64,000 bases of DNA from Syntrophorhabdaceae bacterium. Lineage in GTDB: Bacteria > Desulfobacterota > Syntrophorhabdia > Syntrophorhabdales > Syntrophorhabdaceae. Within the stretch, counting starts at the first letter, position 1; each line of letters starts with the position of its first letter. Positions 1 to 10,025 of the stretch are shown here, one piece after another. The notes below the pieces were generated by a model. That model was given only the letters and a program-made list of their open reading frames with translations. It was not told the DNA's origin and made no database searches. The DNA lies in assembly GCA_963665295.1 (NCBI GenBank), contig OY762209.1:5376001-5440000 (forward strand), in the 5' to 3' direction. A program made the position numbers and the translations under genes.

Positions 1-991
1 GGTCGAGTCCCGTTGCGTCTTCTCCCCCGCCCTTCGACGCACCCGTTGATTCAAGTACATCGACCAGCCATTGAAGGGCCTCGATCACGCTTTGCCTGTC
101 CGTGCAGAGTTGGGCCTTTTCCTGGTCCTTTGTGAGCAGGTAGCTGGGTATGCCTTCGTACCCGAAAAAGGTGACGGGTTCCGCGGCCCCCGCGAGTACC
201 ACCGATTCATACCCGGAAAGCATGGATAATGCAGGTTCGGGGAAATAGGGTATTCGGCCGACAGGGGGCAGTCCCGCCCCGCGTTCCATCAGGGGAGGGA
301 AACTCCCTGTAAGCAGGTCGCACCCCGTGAGGGCCCTCACACGGCCCGCGAGCCTGAGACCGGGCTCCATAAGGGCGGCCCCTCCGAGAATAATCGCCGA
401 CCTTGGGCCCCTCGCGAGGCTGCGGGCGGCCTTTTCAATCATACCCGCCTCAAGGGCCTCGAAAGACGGCCGGGGCAAATCGATCGTCCCGGCCCTCACC
501 TCCGCCGCCTGATAGTCGCTGGGCACGATGAGGCTCGATATCCGCCCCGGGGCGGCGGCAAAAATGGCATCGGCCATGTCTTTGGAAAGGTCCTCCGGTG
601 CGCCGTTCGTGCGGACCCACCCGGAGACCGTCCCGGCGAGGGACTCGATATCCATTGTCAGGGGCGCGTCGGCCGACCTGTGCCACGTGGCGTGTTCGCC
701 GATCACGTTGACGAGAGGAGTCCGGGCCCGCCTCGCATTGTGAAGGTTTGCAATGCCGTTCGCAAAACCGGGACCCAGGTGGAGAAGGGTCATGGCGGGA
801 GTCCCCTTCATGCGCCCGTACCCATCCGCGGCGCCCGTGCATACCCCTTCAAAGAGACCCAGTACGGGTCTCATTCCCGGCAACTCGTCGAAAGCCGCGG
901 CCAGAAGCGTTTCCGTGGTGCCCGGATTGGCAAAACATATTTCGATGCCACCCGCGATAGCCGTCTTCAACAAAAGAATAGCCCCGTTCAT
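1..991 (-). CDS. Thiamine-diphosphate-dependent enzyme (acetolactate synthase large subunit-like / benzoylformate decarboxylase family), 3' end outside window
   Basis: Absent from the ORF track because it runs off the window edge. Manual translation from ATG 991 (GGAGG RBS upstream): MNGAILLLKTAIAGGIEICFANPGTTE...VLGLFEGVCTGAADGYGRMKGTPAMTLLHLGPGFANGIANLHNARRARTP, a typical TPP-enzyme N-terminal domain. Confidence 0.85.
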   Translation of the reverse strand, partial: MNGAILLLKTAIAGGIEICFANPGTTETLLAAAFDELPGMRPVLGLFEGVCTGAADGYGRMKGTPAMTLLHLGPGFANGIANLHNARRARTPLVNVIGEHATWHRSADAPLTMDIESLAGTVSGWVRTNGAPEDLSKDMADAIFAAAPGRISSLIVPSDYQAAEVRAGTIDLPRPSFEALEAGMIEKAARSLARGPRSAIILGGAALMEPGLRLAGRVRALTGCDLLTGSFPPLMERGAGLPPVGRIPYFPEPALSMLSGYESVVLAGAAEPVTFFGYEGIPSYLLTKDQEKAQLCTDRQSVIEALQWLVDVLESTGASKGGGEDATGLD

Positions 992-1102
992 TCGACCTCC
1001 CTTTTCTTTCTTTCGGTTATTCATCCTAATTGTAGTAAATATAAGGATCGGAAACAACATTTTTGCGCCGGTCCCGCGAGGTGAGCCGGCGGACGTTCCG
1101 CC

Positions 1103-1825
1103 TTACGTCCCGACAGGGAGATAACCCTGCTCATACTGGGAGCGGACGCAGTATTCCAGGTACTCCCGCACAAGGCTCTCAGGCTCGTATGCCCCCGAAT
1201 GTCCGTCGCATAGTATATCCGCCTTGAGGGAGTAGAGCTTTGCCACGGATTCCATCCAGGAAGCGGGGTCGCAGTCGAAATCCTTGAGCAGGGGAGCGCC
1301 GATATCCTGGGCAAAGAGCACTTTCCTGCCGTCCCTTTCCATGAGGACCGAGATGGAGCCGGGCGTGTGTCCGGGCGTGTGGAGGCATGTGAATTTCTGC
1401 CCTCCCACGTAAAGGTCTTCTTCTTCCCCGTGGAGCGTGACGTCGAGGGAAAAAGGTTCGAGGATGACCTTGAAACAGAACGCCGCGGTCAGCCGCTGGT
1501 CCCCCGCCTCCACGAGCCGCGCGTCAAGCTCGTGCATCACAAGACGGCTGCCGAACCTCTCCCGGAGTTTCGTCGCCCCTCCCATGTGGTCGAAATGGCA
1601 ATGGGTGAGGATAATTGTAGATATGTTCCGGGGATCGAACCCCGCCTTCCCGATACTCGCCACCATCCGGTCCGGCCTGAATCCGGACCCGCTGTCAATG
1701 AGCACCAACTCTCCACAGTCGATGATATAGGCGGCGCAATCCCTCGGATCGGTCAGGTCGTGGCCGCTTACCCGGTAGATACCCCGGGCCACCTCTTTCG
1801 GCTCCCTATTTGTCTCTTTCGACAT
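1103..1825 (-). CDS. MBL-fold metallo-hydrolase
   Basis: THCHFDHMGG (HxHxDH), HTPGHTPGS and C-terminal DGH motifs. Confidence 0.9.
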   Translation of the reverse strand: MSKETNREPKEVARGIYRVSGHDLTDPRDCAAYIIDCGELVLIDSGSGFRPDRMVASIGKAGFDPRNISTIILTHCHFDHMGGATKLRERFGSRLVMHELDARLVEAGDQRLTAAFCFKVILEPFSLDVTLHGEEEDLYVGGQKFTCLHTPGHTPGSISVLMERDGRKVLFAQDIGAPLLKDFDCDPASWMESVAKLYSLKADILCDGHSGAYEPESLVREYLEYCVRSQYEQGYLPVGT

Positions 1826-1901
1826 GTCTCACATGGACGACCGCAGGGCGGCGCGTACATCCTGCCCGTCTCCCCACGGCATCTGTCACCTTTTGTATTA
1901 A

Positions 1902-2738
1902 TTACCGGAGTTGATAGTGTCTCCTGGGATCGAATATATCCCGCAATCCCTCCCCGAGAAGATTATAACCCATAACGGTGAGAAAAATCGCGAGCCCCGG
2001 ATATAGACTCAACCACCATGCCACCTCTATGTTGTCCTTCGCCGCGGTCAGGATGTTGCCCCAGCTCGGTGTGGGCGGCTGGACCCCGATGCCGAGGAAG
2101 CTCAACGCGGATTCCGTGAGGATGGCCCCTCCGATGCCCAGGGTTGCCACCACGTAGACCGGTGAAAGGGCGTTCGGCAGCACGTGATGGAAGATGATCC
2201 TGAATTCCGGAAAACCCTGGGTCTTTGCGGCAAGGATATATTCCTTGCCCTTTATGCTCAGTATTTCAGCCCTCACGAGGCGGGCGATGCCCATCCAGTT
2301 GGTAAGTCCGATAACAATCATGATGTTCCATATGCTCGGTTCGAGGATGGCTATGACGGCAAGAATAAGGAAAAAGGTGGGGAAACACATCATGAGGTCG
2401 ACAAACCTCATGACCAGTTCATCGACGATACCGCCGTAGTAACCGGAAACCGCCCCTATAAGAATACCTATGAGCGTGGCGATTCCCACGGATACGAACC
2501 CCACGAGAAGTGAAATCCTGCTCCCGTAGATAACCCGGGAAAAAACGTCTCTCCCAAGGGTGTCGGTGCCGAAGGGGTGGGAGAGGGACGGGGACGCGAG
2601 AATGCTTTTCAGGTCCGGCTCCACCGGGTCGTGAGGCGCAATAAGGGGGGCAAAAAAGGCGCAAAGGAACATGGGAGCGAGGATAATGACACCCACAAGG
2701 GCAAGGTTGTGTCGACTTATTCTCCTGAGCAGTTCCAT
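1902..2738 (-). CDS. Peptide/nickel ABC transporter permease (DppC/OppC family)
   Basis: HPFGTDTLGRDVFSRVIYGSRISL and EAA-like loop; multiple TM helices. Confidence 0.9.
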   Translation of the reverse strand: MELLRRISRHNLALVGVIILAPMFLCAFFAPLIAPHDPVEPDLKSILASPSLSHPFGTDTLGRDVFSRVIYGSRISLLVGFVSVGIATLIGILIGAVSGYYGGIVDELVMRFVDLMMCFPTFFLILAVIAILEPSIWNIMIVIGLTNWMGIARLVRAEILSIKGKEYILAAKTQGFPEFRIIFHHVLPNALSPVYVVATLGIGGAILTESALSFLGIGVQPPTPSWGNILTAAKDNIEVAWWLSLYPGLAIFLTVMGYNLLGEGLRDIFDPRRHYQLR

Positions 2739-2920
2739 CTCTATTCCCGGGATTCTCCCGTTTTCGGCGCAGAGGGCTCCGAAAAACCCTCACCTTTGTA
2801 GTTATATAGCATTAAAGCCCACAATGCCGCAATACTCTACCGGGCCGTGTGCGCCGCAGTCCGCGCGAAGCCTGCAAGGGCCTCCTGGCGCGACCGGCCC
2901 GGAAGCAGGGCTGAGTCTTA

Positions 2921-4282
2921 TCATTCGAGACGGTTCAGGGTCTCGGGGATCAGTTCGGAGAGGGCGGGGAAGATGTGCATTGTGTCGGTGATGGCCCTGT
3001 AACTCTCGTTCCGGGCCACTACGTGCACCACCTCCTGGATAAGGGTTGCCGCCTCGGGGCCGATTATGTGAAAGCCGAGTATCCGCTCCGTCTTCTTGTC
3101 AACAATGGCTTTCGCAAAGCCTTCATACTCCATCCTCACATCTCCCTGGACGATATCGCAATAATGCGCCTTTCCCACCTTGATTTCGAAGGAGCGGGCG
3201 GCCTCGGCCTCTGTCAGTCCTATGGAGGCGATTTGGGGCACGGTGAAAACGGCGTGGGGGACTACGGAGAAATCCCATTTCTGCTTATCCTCGTGCCACG
3301 CATTGTGCCACACGATGCGCGTTTCGTGGTCCGCCGCGTGGGTAAACATACCTTTTCCCGTGGCGTCTCCGAGGGCAAAGATCCCGGGCGCCCCGGTCTC
3401 AAGGTAATCGTTTACCTTGATGAACCCGCTTCGGGTCAGCTCAACGCCCGTCTTTTCCACGGCGAGCCTGTCGGCGTTCGACTTTCTTCCCGCGGCGATG
3501 AGAATCCGCCGGCCCTCCAGCACCTTCTCTCCCCCTGTGGTCCGGTCCTTTACGGTAAGGGCGTACCCATCGCCTTTCCCCGCTAGGGAAAGGGCCTCGC
3601 AACTCGTATGTATTTCCATTCTCCTGCCGAGAGACTCCAGGAGGAGCCGTGATATGTCCGGTTCCTCGAAGGAGACGAGCCTGTCGCCGTATTCTACCAC
3701 CGAGACCTTCGAGCCCACACCTGCGAAGAAGTGGGCGTATTCCACGCCGATATAGCTTCCTCCGACGATAATTATACTCTCGGGCAATTCGTCCATCTCG
3801 AGAAGAGACTCATTGGTGAGATAGGGCACGTCCGTGAGGCCTTTAATGGGAGGGATGGCGGGCCTCGCCCCGGAGGCGATGAATATCACCTTTGCCGTCA
3901 TCTCAACGCCTCCTGCCTCAATCGTATAAGGCCCCGTAAAGCGTCCCTCGGCCTCGTAGAAATCAAGGTTCTCCGATTCCGCGAGGTCTTTCCGAAGAAA
4001 GTCCACGCCCTCCTTTCTTGTGTCCTTCATCCGTTTCATGATTGCGGGAAAATCTATGGACTTGAGATCGGCGTGAACGCCGAGTTTTTTCGCGTGCTCC
4101 ATCTCCATTACCAGGTCCGCCGTGTGGAGGAGGGTCTTGGACGGCACACAGCCCACGTTCATGCATGTCCCCCCGATATGCTCCCGGGCTACCAGGGCAA
4201 CCTTCCTGTTCTCCGCGAGGGCCTTGAATGCCACAGTCAGGCCGGAGCCGGCGCCGATCACGATAACGTCATACTCTTTCAT
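2921..4282 (-). CDS. Pyridine nucleotide-disulfide oxidoreductase (dihydrolipoamide dehydrogenase/mycothione reductase family)
   Basis: GAGSG FAD motif, GGTCMNVGCVPSK redox disulfide, GGSYIG NAD motif. Start placed at MKEYDVIVIG (ATG 4282). Confidence 0.88.
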   Translation of the reverse strand: MKEYDVIVIGAGSGLTVAFKALAENRKVALVAREHIGGTCMNVGCVPSKTLLHTADLVMEMEHAKKLGVHADLKSIDFPAIMKRMKDTRKEGVDFLRKDLAESENLDFYEAEGRFTGPYTIEAGGVEMTAKVIFIASGARPAIPPIKGLTDVPYLTNESLLEMDELPESIIIVGGSYIGVEYAHFFAGVGSKVSVVEYGDRLVSFEEPDISRLLLESLGRRMEIHTSCEALSLAGKGDGYALTVKDRTTGGEKVLEGRRILIAAGRKSNADRLAVEKTGVELTRSGFIKVNDYLETGAPGIFALGDATGKGMFTHAADHETRIVWHNAWHEDKQKWDFSVVPHAVFTVPQIASIGLTEAEAARSFEIKVGKAHYCDIVQGDVRMEYEGFAKAIVDKKTERILGFHIIGPEAATLIQEVVHVVARNESYRAITDTMHIFPALSELIPETLNRLE

Positions 4283-4492
4283 GGGTTTCCTCCTCTCGAT
4301 CACTATGCGGGAATGGTCCCGTACAGGAGAAATATAAGTATGAGTCACGGCAGGCGCAAAGGATGTCCTGCGGGTTGCGCTGGAACGTTTTTTTGGTTAT
4401 ATTCTCACATTCGTGACAATAGGGGCCCGGATATCCCGGGACAACATTTCGTCATGAAAATAAAAGACCGGCGGTGTATTCGGCACAGCCGG

Positions 4493-6934
4493 ATGGGTTG
4501 GCCCGTGGAAGAACAAAGATCCCCTTCAAACAGACCGGCGAACGTCCTCGTGGGCGTCTTCCTGCTGGCGGGACTATACCTTTCGAGCCTTCACAGTTTC
4601 ATCCTCTTTCACAGTATCGCGGAAGGGTTCTGTATTGTCATCGCCACGGGCTTGTTCATGCTCGCCTGGAATTCGCGCCGCTTCATCGATAACAACTACC
4701 TCCTTTTTGTGGGTATTGCGTACCTCTTCATCGGATTCCTCGATTTTGCCCATACCATCTCTTACAAGGGGATGGGCGTGTTTCACGGGTATCGTGACGA
4801 TCTGCAGACACAGATATGGGTTGTCACCCGGTATATGGACAGCTTGACCCTCCTCATAGCGCCGTTCACCCTCGGCCGCAGGCTTCGGCCCCGACTGGTC
4901 CTCGCAGGCTACTCCCTGGTCTCCGCCCTTGCTCTTCTCTCTATCTTCTCCTGGGACATATTCCCCCTTTGTTTCATCAACGGGGTCGGGGTAACCCCTT
5001 TCAAAAGCATCAGCGAATATCTCGTTTCCTCCATATTCCTTCTCTCCCTCTGGATGCTCTACCGAAAACGGGAATCCTTCGACGAAAGTGTTTTCAGGAT
5101 GCTCGCGGCATCGATCGTGGTAAGCATTGTTGCCGAACTCTGCTTCGCCAGGTACCTGAGCCTTTACGGCCCCGCCAATGTCGGGGGACACCTCCTGAAA
5201 CTTATTGCCTATTACCTCACCTACAGGGCGCTCATAGAGACGGGACTCACAAAACCCTACGACTTGCTATTCCGGAACCTGAAGCAGAGCGAAGAGGCCC
5301 TGCGGGGGAGCGAGGAGCGCTATCGCAGCCTGGTGGAACTCTCTCCCGACGCGGTGTTTGTGACCCGCAAAGACCGGATCGTCTTCGTGAACCCCGCGGC
5401 GGTTCAGGCCTTCGGAGCAACCGACGCCGGGCAGGTACTCGGCAGGTCCCCCTACGACCTGTTCCATCCCGACTATCATCCCACCATGAGAGAGGAGACG
5501 CGAAGACTCCTCGCCGGTGGGACCGCGCTCCTTGCGGACAGCCGTATCGTGCGGTTGGACGGTTCGGTGAGGTATGTGGAAGTGGCGGCAAGCCACTTCA
5601 TCGACAGGGACGGTCCCGCCATTCAGGCCGTTTTTCACGATGTCACCGAGCGCAGGCAGAATGAAGAGAAGCTGAAGAGGGCCCACGACCACCTGGAGGA
5701 ACAGGTGAAGGAAAGGACCTGTCAACTGACCCAGGCTTACGAATCACTCCGTACCGGGATCGAGGAGCGGAAAGTGATGGAGGAGCGGCTCCGCCAGACA
5801 CAAAAGATGGAGGCCATCGGCACCCTTGCGGGAGGTATTGCCCATGATTTCAATAATATCCTTGCCGGTATCATCGGCTTCACCGAAATGGCAATCGATG
5901 ATCTGTCACCCGGTAGCCCTCTCCATCGAAGGTTGAGCCTGGTCCTCAAGGCCGGATACAGGGGCCGGGACCTCGTGCGCCAGATCCTTGCCTTCAGCCG
6001 CCAGTCGGGTCACGAAAAGAAGCTTGTCCCTTTGCACGACGTAGTCGAGGAAGCATTAAAGCTCCTGAGGCCTGCCCTTCCATCCACCATCGACATCAAG
6101 ACCGATCTTCTCAATTGCCGGGATATTGTATTCGCCGATCCCGTTCAGATGCACCAGATATTCATGAACCTCTGCACCAATGCGGCTTTTGCCATGCGCG
6201 ACCAGGGCGGAGTACTCGTGGTGAGCCTCACCGACGTGGACCTCAGGGATGCTGAGGCAAGTCCTTATCCGGACGCCTCGCCCGGCGCCTATATAAGGCT
6301 TTCCGTAAGCGACACGGGGTGCGGCATAGGCGACACCGATCTGCAAAAGATCTTCGACCCCTTCTTCACCACGAAAGGTCCCGGTGAGGGGACCGGCCTG
6401 GGCCTTTCCGTGGTCCACGGCATAGTGAAAAACCACGGCGGCTTCGTCTCCGTCTATAGCGAACGCGGAAGGGGGTCCGTTTTTCACATATACCTCCCGC
6501 GGGCTGAGGAGACCCGAGGCCTTTCAGGCAAAACGCGACCCCAGGCACAGGGCGGAAACGAATGCATTCTCTTTGTGGATGACGAAGAGATACTCGTTGA
6601 GATGAACCAGCAGAGGCTTTCAAACATGGGCTACACGGTCGTGGCATGCAGCGACGCCGTTGAGGCGCTCAAGGCATTCAGCCGGGAACCGGACCGCTTT
6701 GACCTCGTCATCACCGACTACACCATGCCCCATATGACGGGTATGGACCTGTCCCTGGAGATTCTCAAGGTAAGGCCCGATATCCCCATCATCCTCAGTT
6801 CCGGACTCAACGAGACTATTACCCCGGAAAGGATAAAGGAAGCGGGACTCAGGGCTTTTGTCGCCAAGACCGTGGGCAGGAAGGAACTGAACGACCTCAT
6901 TCGGAAGACCCTCGACGAAGCCAAGGGTTTGTGA
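4493..6934 (+). CDS. Membrane hybrid sensor histidine kinase (MASE3-like TM domain, PAS, HisKA, HATPase, REC)
   Basis: Multi-TM N-terminus (LFHSIAEGFCIVIA...), [16 protein letters not shown]-box, [17 protein letters not shown]-terminal receiver. Start approximate. Confidence 0.88.
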   Translation: MGWPVEEQRSPSNRPANVLVGVFLLAGLYLSSLHSFILFHSIAEGFCIVIATGLFMLAWNSRRFIDNNYLLFVGIAYLFIGFLDFAHTISYKGMGVFHGYRDDLQTQIWVVTRYMDSLTLLIAPFTLGRRLRPRLVLAGYSLVSALALLSIFSWDIFPLCFINGVGVTPFKSISEYLVSSIFLLSLWMLYRKRESFDESVFRMLAASIVVSIVAELCFARYLSLYGPANVGGHLLKLIAYYLTYRALIETGLTKPYDLLFRNLKQSEEALRGSEERYRSLVELSPDAVFVTRKDRIVFVNPAAVQAFGATDAGQVLGRSPYDLFHPDYHPTMREETRRLLAGGTALLADSRIVRLDGSVRYVEVAASHFIDRDGPAIQAVFHDVTERRQNEEKLKRAHDHLEEQVKERTCQLTQAYESLRTGIEERKVMEERLRQTQKMEAIGTLAGGIAHDFNNILAGIIGFTEMAIDDLSPGSPLHRRLSLVLKAGYRGRDLVRQILAFSRQSGHEKKLVPLHDVVEEALKLLRPALPSTIDIKTDLLNCRDIVFADPVQMHQIFMNLCTNAAFAMRDQGGVLVVSLTDVDLRDAEASPYPDASPGAYIRLSVSDTGCGIGDTDLQKIFDPFFTTKGPGEGTGLGLSVVHGIVKNHGGFVSVYSERGRGSVFHIYLPRAEETRGLSGKTRPQAQGGNECILFVDDEEILVEMNQQRLSNMGYTVVACSDAVEALKAFSREPDRFDLVITDYTMPHMTGMDLSLEILKVRPDIPIILSSGLNETITPERIKEAGLRAFVAKTVGRKELNDLIRKTLDEAKGL

Positions 6935-7029
6935 CCCGCCCCCCCAGACACAACAAAGGGTCAAATCTCCATCCCATGAACGGAGACCTGACCCTGATCT
7001 GTTCTTCGACTGAGGGCTTTCGCCCTTTC

Positions 7030-7620
7030 CTACTCCTTCACTTCCGGGAAGGCGAGGGCCCTGGTGAGCACGTAGGCCGCCTGGAGCGCTTCCGTGGGAC
7101 ACAGAGGGAAGCATTCCTTGCAGTTCCAGCACTCCTTTGCCGCGATCTCCGGAATAAAGCTTATCTCCTTCCGTATACCCCTGTCCACGAAGCCGATGGC
7201 GTTCTTCTTCTTCACCTCGGCACAGTACCGTACGCAGAGGCCGCAGTGGATGCAGAAGGAAGGTTCCTTCTCAAAGCAGTTCCTGTCCGCCCCGTACTCT
7301 TCCGCAAGGTCCTTAAGGTCAAAGGCATCGGGCGCATGGGCAAGGAGGAGCTGGAGGATCATCTTGCGTATCCTGTCCACCTTCTCCGAGCGGGTACGGA
7401 CTATGAGGTTCTTCTCCACCGGATAGACACAGGAGACGACCAGCCGGGAGGAGCCCCGGCTTTCCACCTCCACCGTGCAGAGCCGGCATCCCCCGAAGGG
7501 TTCCAATTCCTTATGGTAACAAAGGGTCGGGATCTTGATCCCTTCTTTCTCCGCTGCCTCGAGGAGGGTCATCCCCTCCGGGGCAGATATTTCTTTCCCG
7601 TCGATCTGTAAGTTTATCAT
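7030..7620 (-). CDS. bamI: Class II benzoyl-CoA reductase subunit, NuoG N-terminal-like Fe-S protein
   Basis: IPTLCYH..GGCRLCTVE..VVSC 2Fe-2S motif plus CIHCGLC and CWNCKEC; last gene of the bam operon. Confidence 0.82.
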   Translation of the reverse strand: MINLQIDGKEISAPEGMTLLEAAEKEGIKIPTLCYHKELEPFGGCRLCTVEVESRGSSRLVVSCVYPVEKNLIVRTRSEKVDRIRKMILQLLLAHAPDAFDLKDLAEEYGADRNCFEKEPSFCIHCGLCVRYCAEVKKKNAIGFVDRGIRKEISFIPEIAAKECWNCKECFPLCPTEALQAAYVLTRALAFPEVKE

Positions 7621-9545
7621 TTTTCTTTGCCCTTTCTGATTATCGTTCTTTCTTCCATAGGGAGAGGAGGCGGAACAGGCTCGCCGGAGATCTTCGTCAC
7701 CGAACGGAAGCGCGGGGGGCAGACCTCAAAGCAGGTTCCACACTTCGTGCATTTCTCCTGGTCAACCACATGGATCTGGTTTTTGCCGCCCACAATCGCA
7801 TTGGCAGGGCATTTCTTAAGGCACGTCATACAGGCCTGGCACTTGGCCGGGTCGATGTAGTACGCGATCAGCTCTTTACAGGAGAGGGCGGGGCACCTCT
7901 TCTCTTTCACATGCGCCTCGTACTCGTCCCTGAAGTACTTCAAGGTGCTTAAGAAGGGGTTGGGCGAGCTTTTGCCCAGGGCGCAGAGCGCCGCTTCTAT
8001 GGCGGTTTCGGATAACTGTTCGAGAAGCTCGATGTCTCCCTCTTTTCCCTTGCCCTCGGTAATGTCGGTCAAGAGCTTCAGCATCTGTCTCATGCCTTCA
8101 CGGCAGGGGACGCACTTGCCGCAGGACTCGTCGGTGAGGAAGTCGAGGAAGTACCTCGCCACATCGACCATGCATGTATCTTCGTCCATGACGATCATAC
8201 CGCCCGAGCCCATCATGGAGCCCGCCTTCGTGAGTTCGTCAAAACCCACGGGCAGATCGAGCATCTCCTCGGGGATACACCCTCCGGAAGGCCCGCCGGT
8301 CTGGACCGCCTTGAACTTCTTGCCTCCGGGGATGCCGCCGCCTATCTTGAAGATGATGTCGCGTAGCGGCGTTCCCATGGGCACTTCCACGAGGCCCGTG
8401 TTGGTGATCTTGCCCACGAGGGAGAAGATCTTCGTGCCCTTGCTGCTCTCGGTGCCGATCTTGGTGAACCAGTCGGCGCCTTTATTGATGATAAGGGGCA
8501 CATTGGCCCAGGTTTCCACATTGTTGAGCACGCTCGGCCTGCCCCAGAGACCTACCACGTTGGAGCGGATGTACTTGGGCCTCGGCTCGCCGGCCCGGCC
8601 TTCGAGGGCGGTCATGAGGGCGGTCGATTCACCGCAGACAAAAGCGCCTGCTCCCTGGTGGACCTTGACCACGAAGTCAAAGCCGGAGCCAAGGATGTTC
8701 TTCCCGAGGAGGCCCAGGTCCTCCGCCTGTTTAATGGCGGTAAAGACGTTCTCCACGGCAAGGGGGTATTCCTGACGGACATAGATGTAGCCTTCATGGG
8801 CGCCTACTGCGTAGGCCCCTATGGTGAGTCCTTCGAGGACCGCATGGGGGTTCCCTTCGAGCAAGCTCCTGTCCATATAGGCGCCGGGGTCGCCTTCATC
8901 GGCATTGACGATGACGTACTTGATATCCCCCGGGGCATTGCGGGACCCTTCCCACTTGACGCCTGCGGGGAAGCCGCCGCCTCCACGTCCGCGGAGGTTC
9001 GCCTTTTTGACTTCACTTAAGACCTCGTCGGAGCTCATCCCTGTCAGGGACTTGGCGAGGGCTGCATACCCGCCGATGGCGAGGTAGTCCTCGATGCTCT
9101 TGGGGTCGATGCTGCTGTTGGAGCCGAAGACGATCCTCTCCTGGTACTTGTAGAAGGGGATATCCGACTCGTGGATGATCTTCTCGTTGGTGACGGGATC
9201 GATATAGAGCAGCCTCTCCACCACCTTCTTCTCTTTTATGGTCTCGGAGATGATCTCGGGGATGTCCTTGGCTTCTATGTTGAAGTAACATATCTCCTCG
9301 GGGTGGATGACCACGATGGGACCCCTCTCGCAGAAGCCGTGGCAACCGGTCCTTCTAATGTCCACCTGACCGGCGAGGCCCTGTTTTTCGATCTCCTCTT
9401 CAATAGCAACGGCAACCTCTCCGCTTCCGGAGGCGTTACACGCGGACCCCGAACAGAGGGTGATGCAGGGTTTGTTCGGGTCTCTCTTCGACAGAATGTC
9501 TTTTCTGAATTCTTCCAATTCAGCGGGTGTATTTATACGCGGCAT
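7617..9545 (-). CDS. bamH: Class II benzoyl-CoA reductase subunit, NuoF/HydB-like flavoprotein
   Basis: LRGRGGGGFPAG, NADEGDPGAYMDR, GAGAFVCGE, ESCGKCVPCREG, C-terminal 2x[4Fe-4S]. Confidence 0.88.
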   Translation of the reverse strand: MPRINTPAELEEFRKDILSKRDPNKPCITLCSGSACNASGSGEVAVAIEEEIEKQGLAGQVDIRRTGCHGFCERGPIVVIHPEEICYFNIEAKDIPEIISETIKEKKVVERLLYIDPVTNEKIIHESDIPFYKYQERIVFGSNSSIDPKSIEDYLAIGGYAALAKSLTGMSSDEVLSEVKKANLRGRGGGGFPAGVKWEGSRNAPGDIKYVIVNADEGDPGAYMDRSLLEGNPHAVLEGLTIGAYAVGAHEGYIYVRQEYPLAVENVFTAIKQAEDLGLLGKNILGSGFDFVVKVHQGAGAFVCGESTALMTALEGRAGEPRPKYIRSNVVGLWGRPSVLNNVETWANVPLIINKGADWFTKIGTESSKGTKIFSLVGKITNTGLVEVPMGTPLRDIIFKIGGGIPGGKKFKAVQTGGPSGGCIPEEMLDLPVGFDELTKAGSMMGSGGMIVMDEDTCMVDVARYFLDFLTDESCGKCVPCREGMRQMLKLLTDITEGKGKEGDIELLEQLSETAIEAALCALGKSSPNPFLSTLKYFRDEYEAHVKEKRCPALSCKELIAYYIDPAKCQACMTCLKKCPANAIVGGKNQIHVVDQEKCTKCGTCFEVCPPRFRSVTKISGEPVPPPLPMEERTIIRKGKEK

Positions 9546-9554
9546 AGTTTTATC

Positions 9555-10025
9555 CTACTCGTAGTTTTTTAGTATCTCTGCTGTCTTGGATGGCGCCATC
9601 TTACCGTGAGTCTTTCCATCCACTTCCATCACGGGTCCCAGAGCACAACAACCGAGGCAGTTCACGGTCTGGAGGCTGAACTTCAGATCCAGGTCCGTCT
9701 CTCCCGGCTTGATCCCCGTCAGGTCCTGAAGCGCGTCGAGGACGCGGGTCGCTCCGCGGACGTGGCAGGCGGTGCCCACACACACGTGGATCTCGTGGCG
9801 TCCCTTGGGAACCAGGCTGAAGGCTTTGTAAAAGGTGGCGATGTGCTGAACCCGGGTCAGGGGGACCTCAAGCTTTTGGGCTACCCTCTCCAGGGCCTCT
9901 TTGGGGAGCCAGTGGTTCTCGCTTTGGATCTCAAGGAGTACCTGAATGAGGGAGCTCGCCTCTCCGTGATGCTTTTCAATGATCTGATCGATTCTCTCGT
10001 TATCCATATAATCTTCCTTATGCAA
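9555..10025 (-). CDS. bamG: Class II benzoyl-CoA reductase subunit, NuoE-like 2Fe-2S protein
   Basis: VCVGTACHVRG and VNCLGCCALGP motifs. Confidence 0.88.
   Translation of the reverse strand: MHKEDYMDNERIDQIIEKHHGEASSLIQVLLEIQSENHWLPKEALERVAQKLEVPLTRVQHIATFYKAFSLVPKGRHEIHVCVGTACHVRGATRVLDALQDLTGIKPGETDLDLKFSLQTVNCLGCCALGPVMEVDGKTHGKMAPSKTAEILKNYE

Noticed and set aside
3731..4492. N-terminal extension of the 1067-aa kinase ORF
   Set aside because: It overlaps the oxidoreductase on the opposite strand; the recognisable sensor domain begins near 4493-4550.
7030..10025. Complex I or [FeFe]-hydrogenase operon
   Set aside because: No membrane Nuo subunits or H-cluster domain; the context fits bamGHI.
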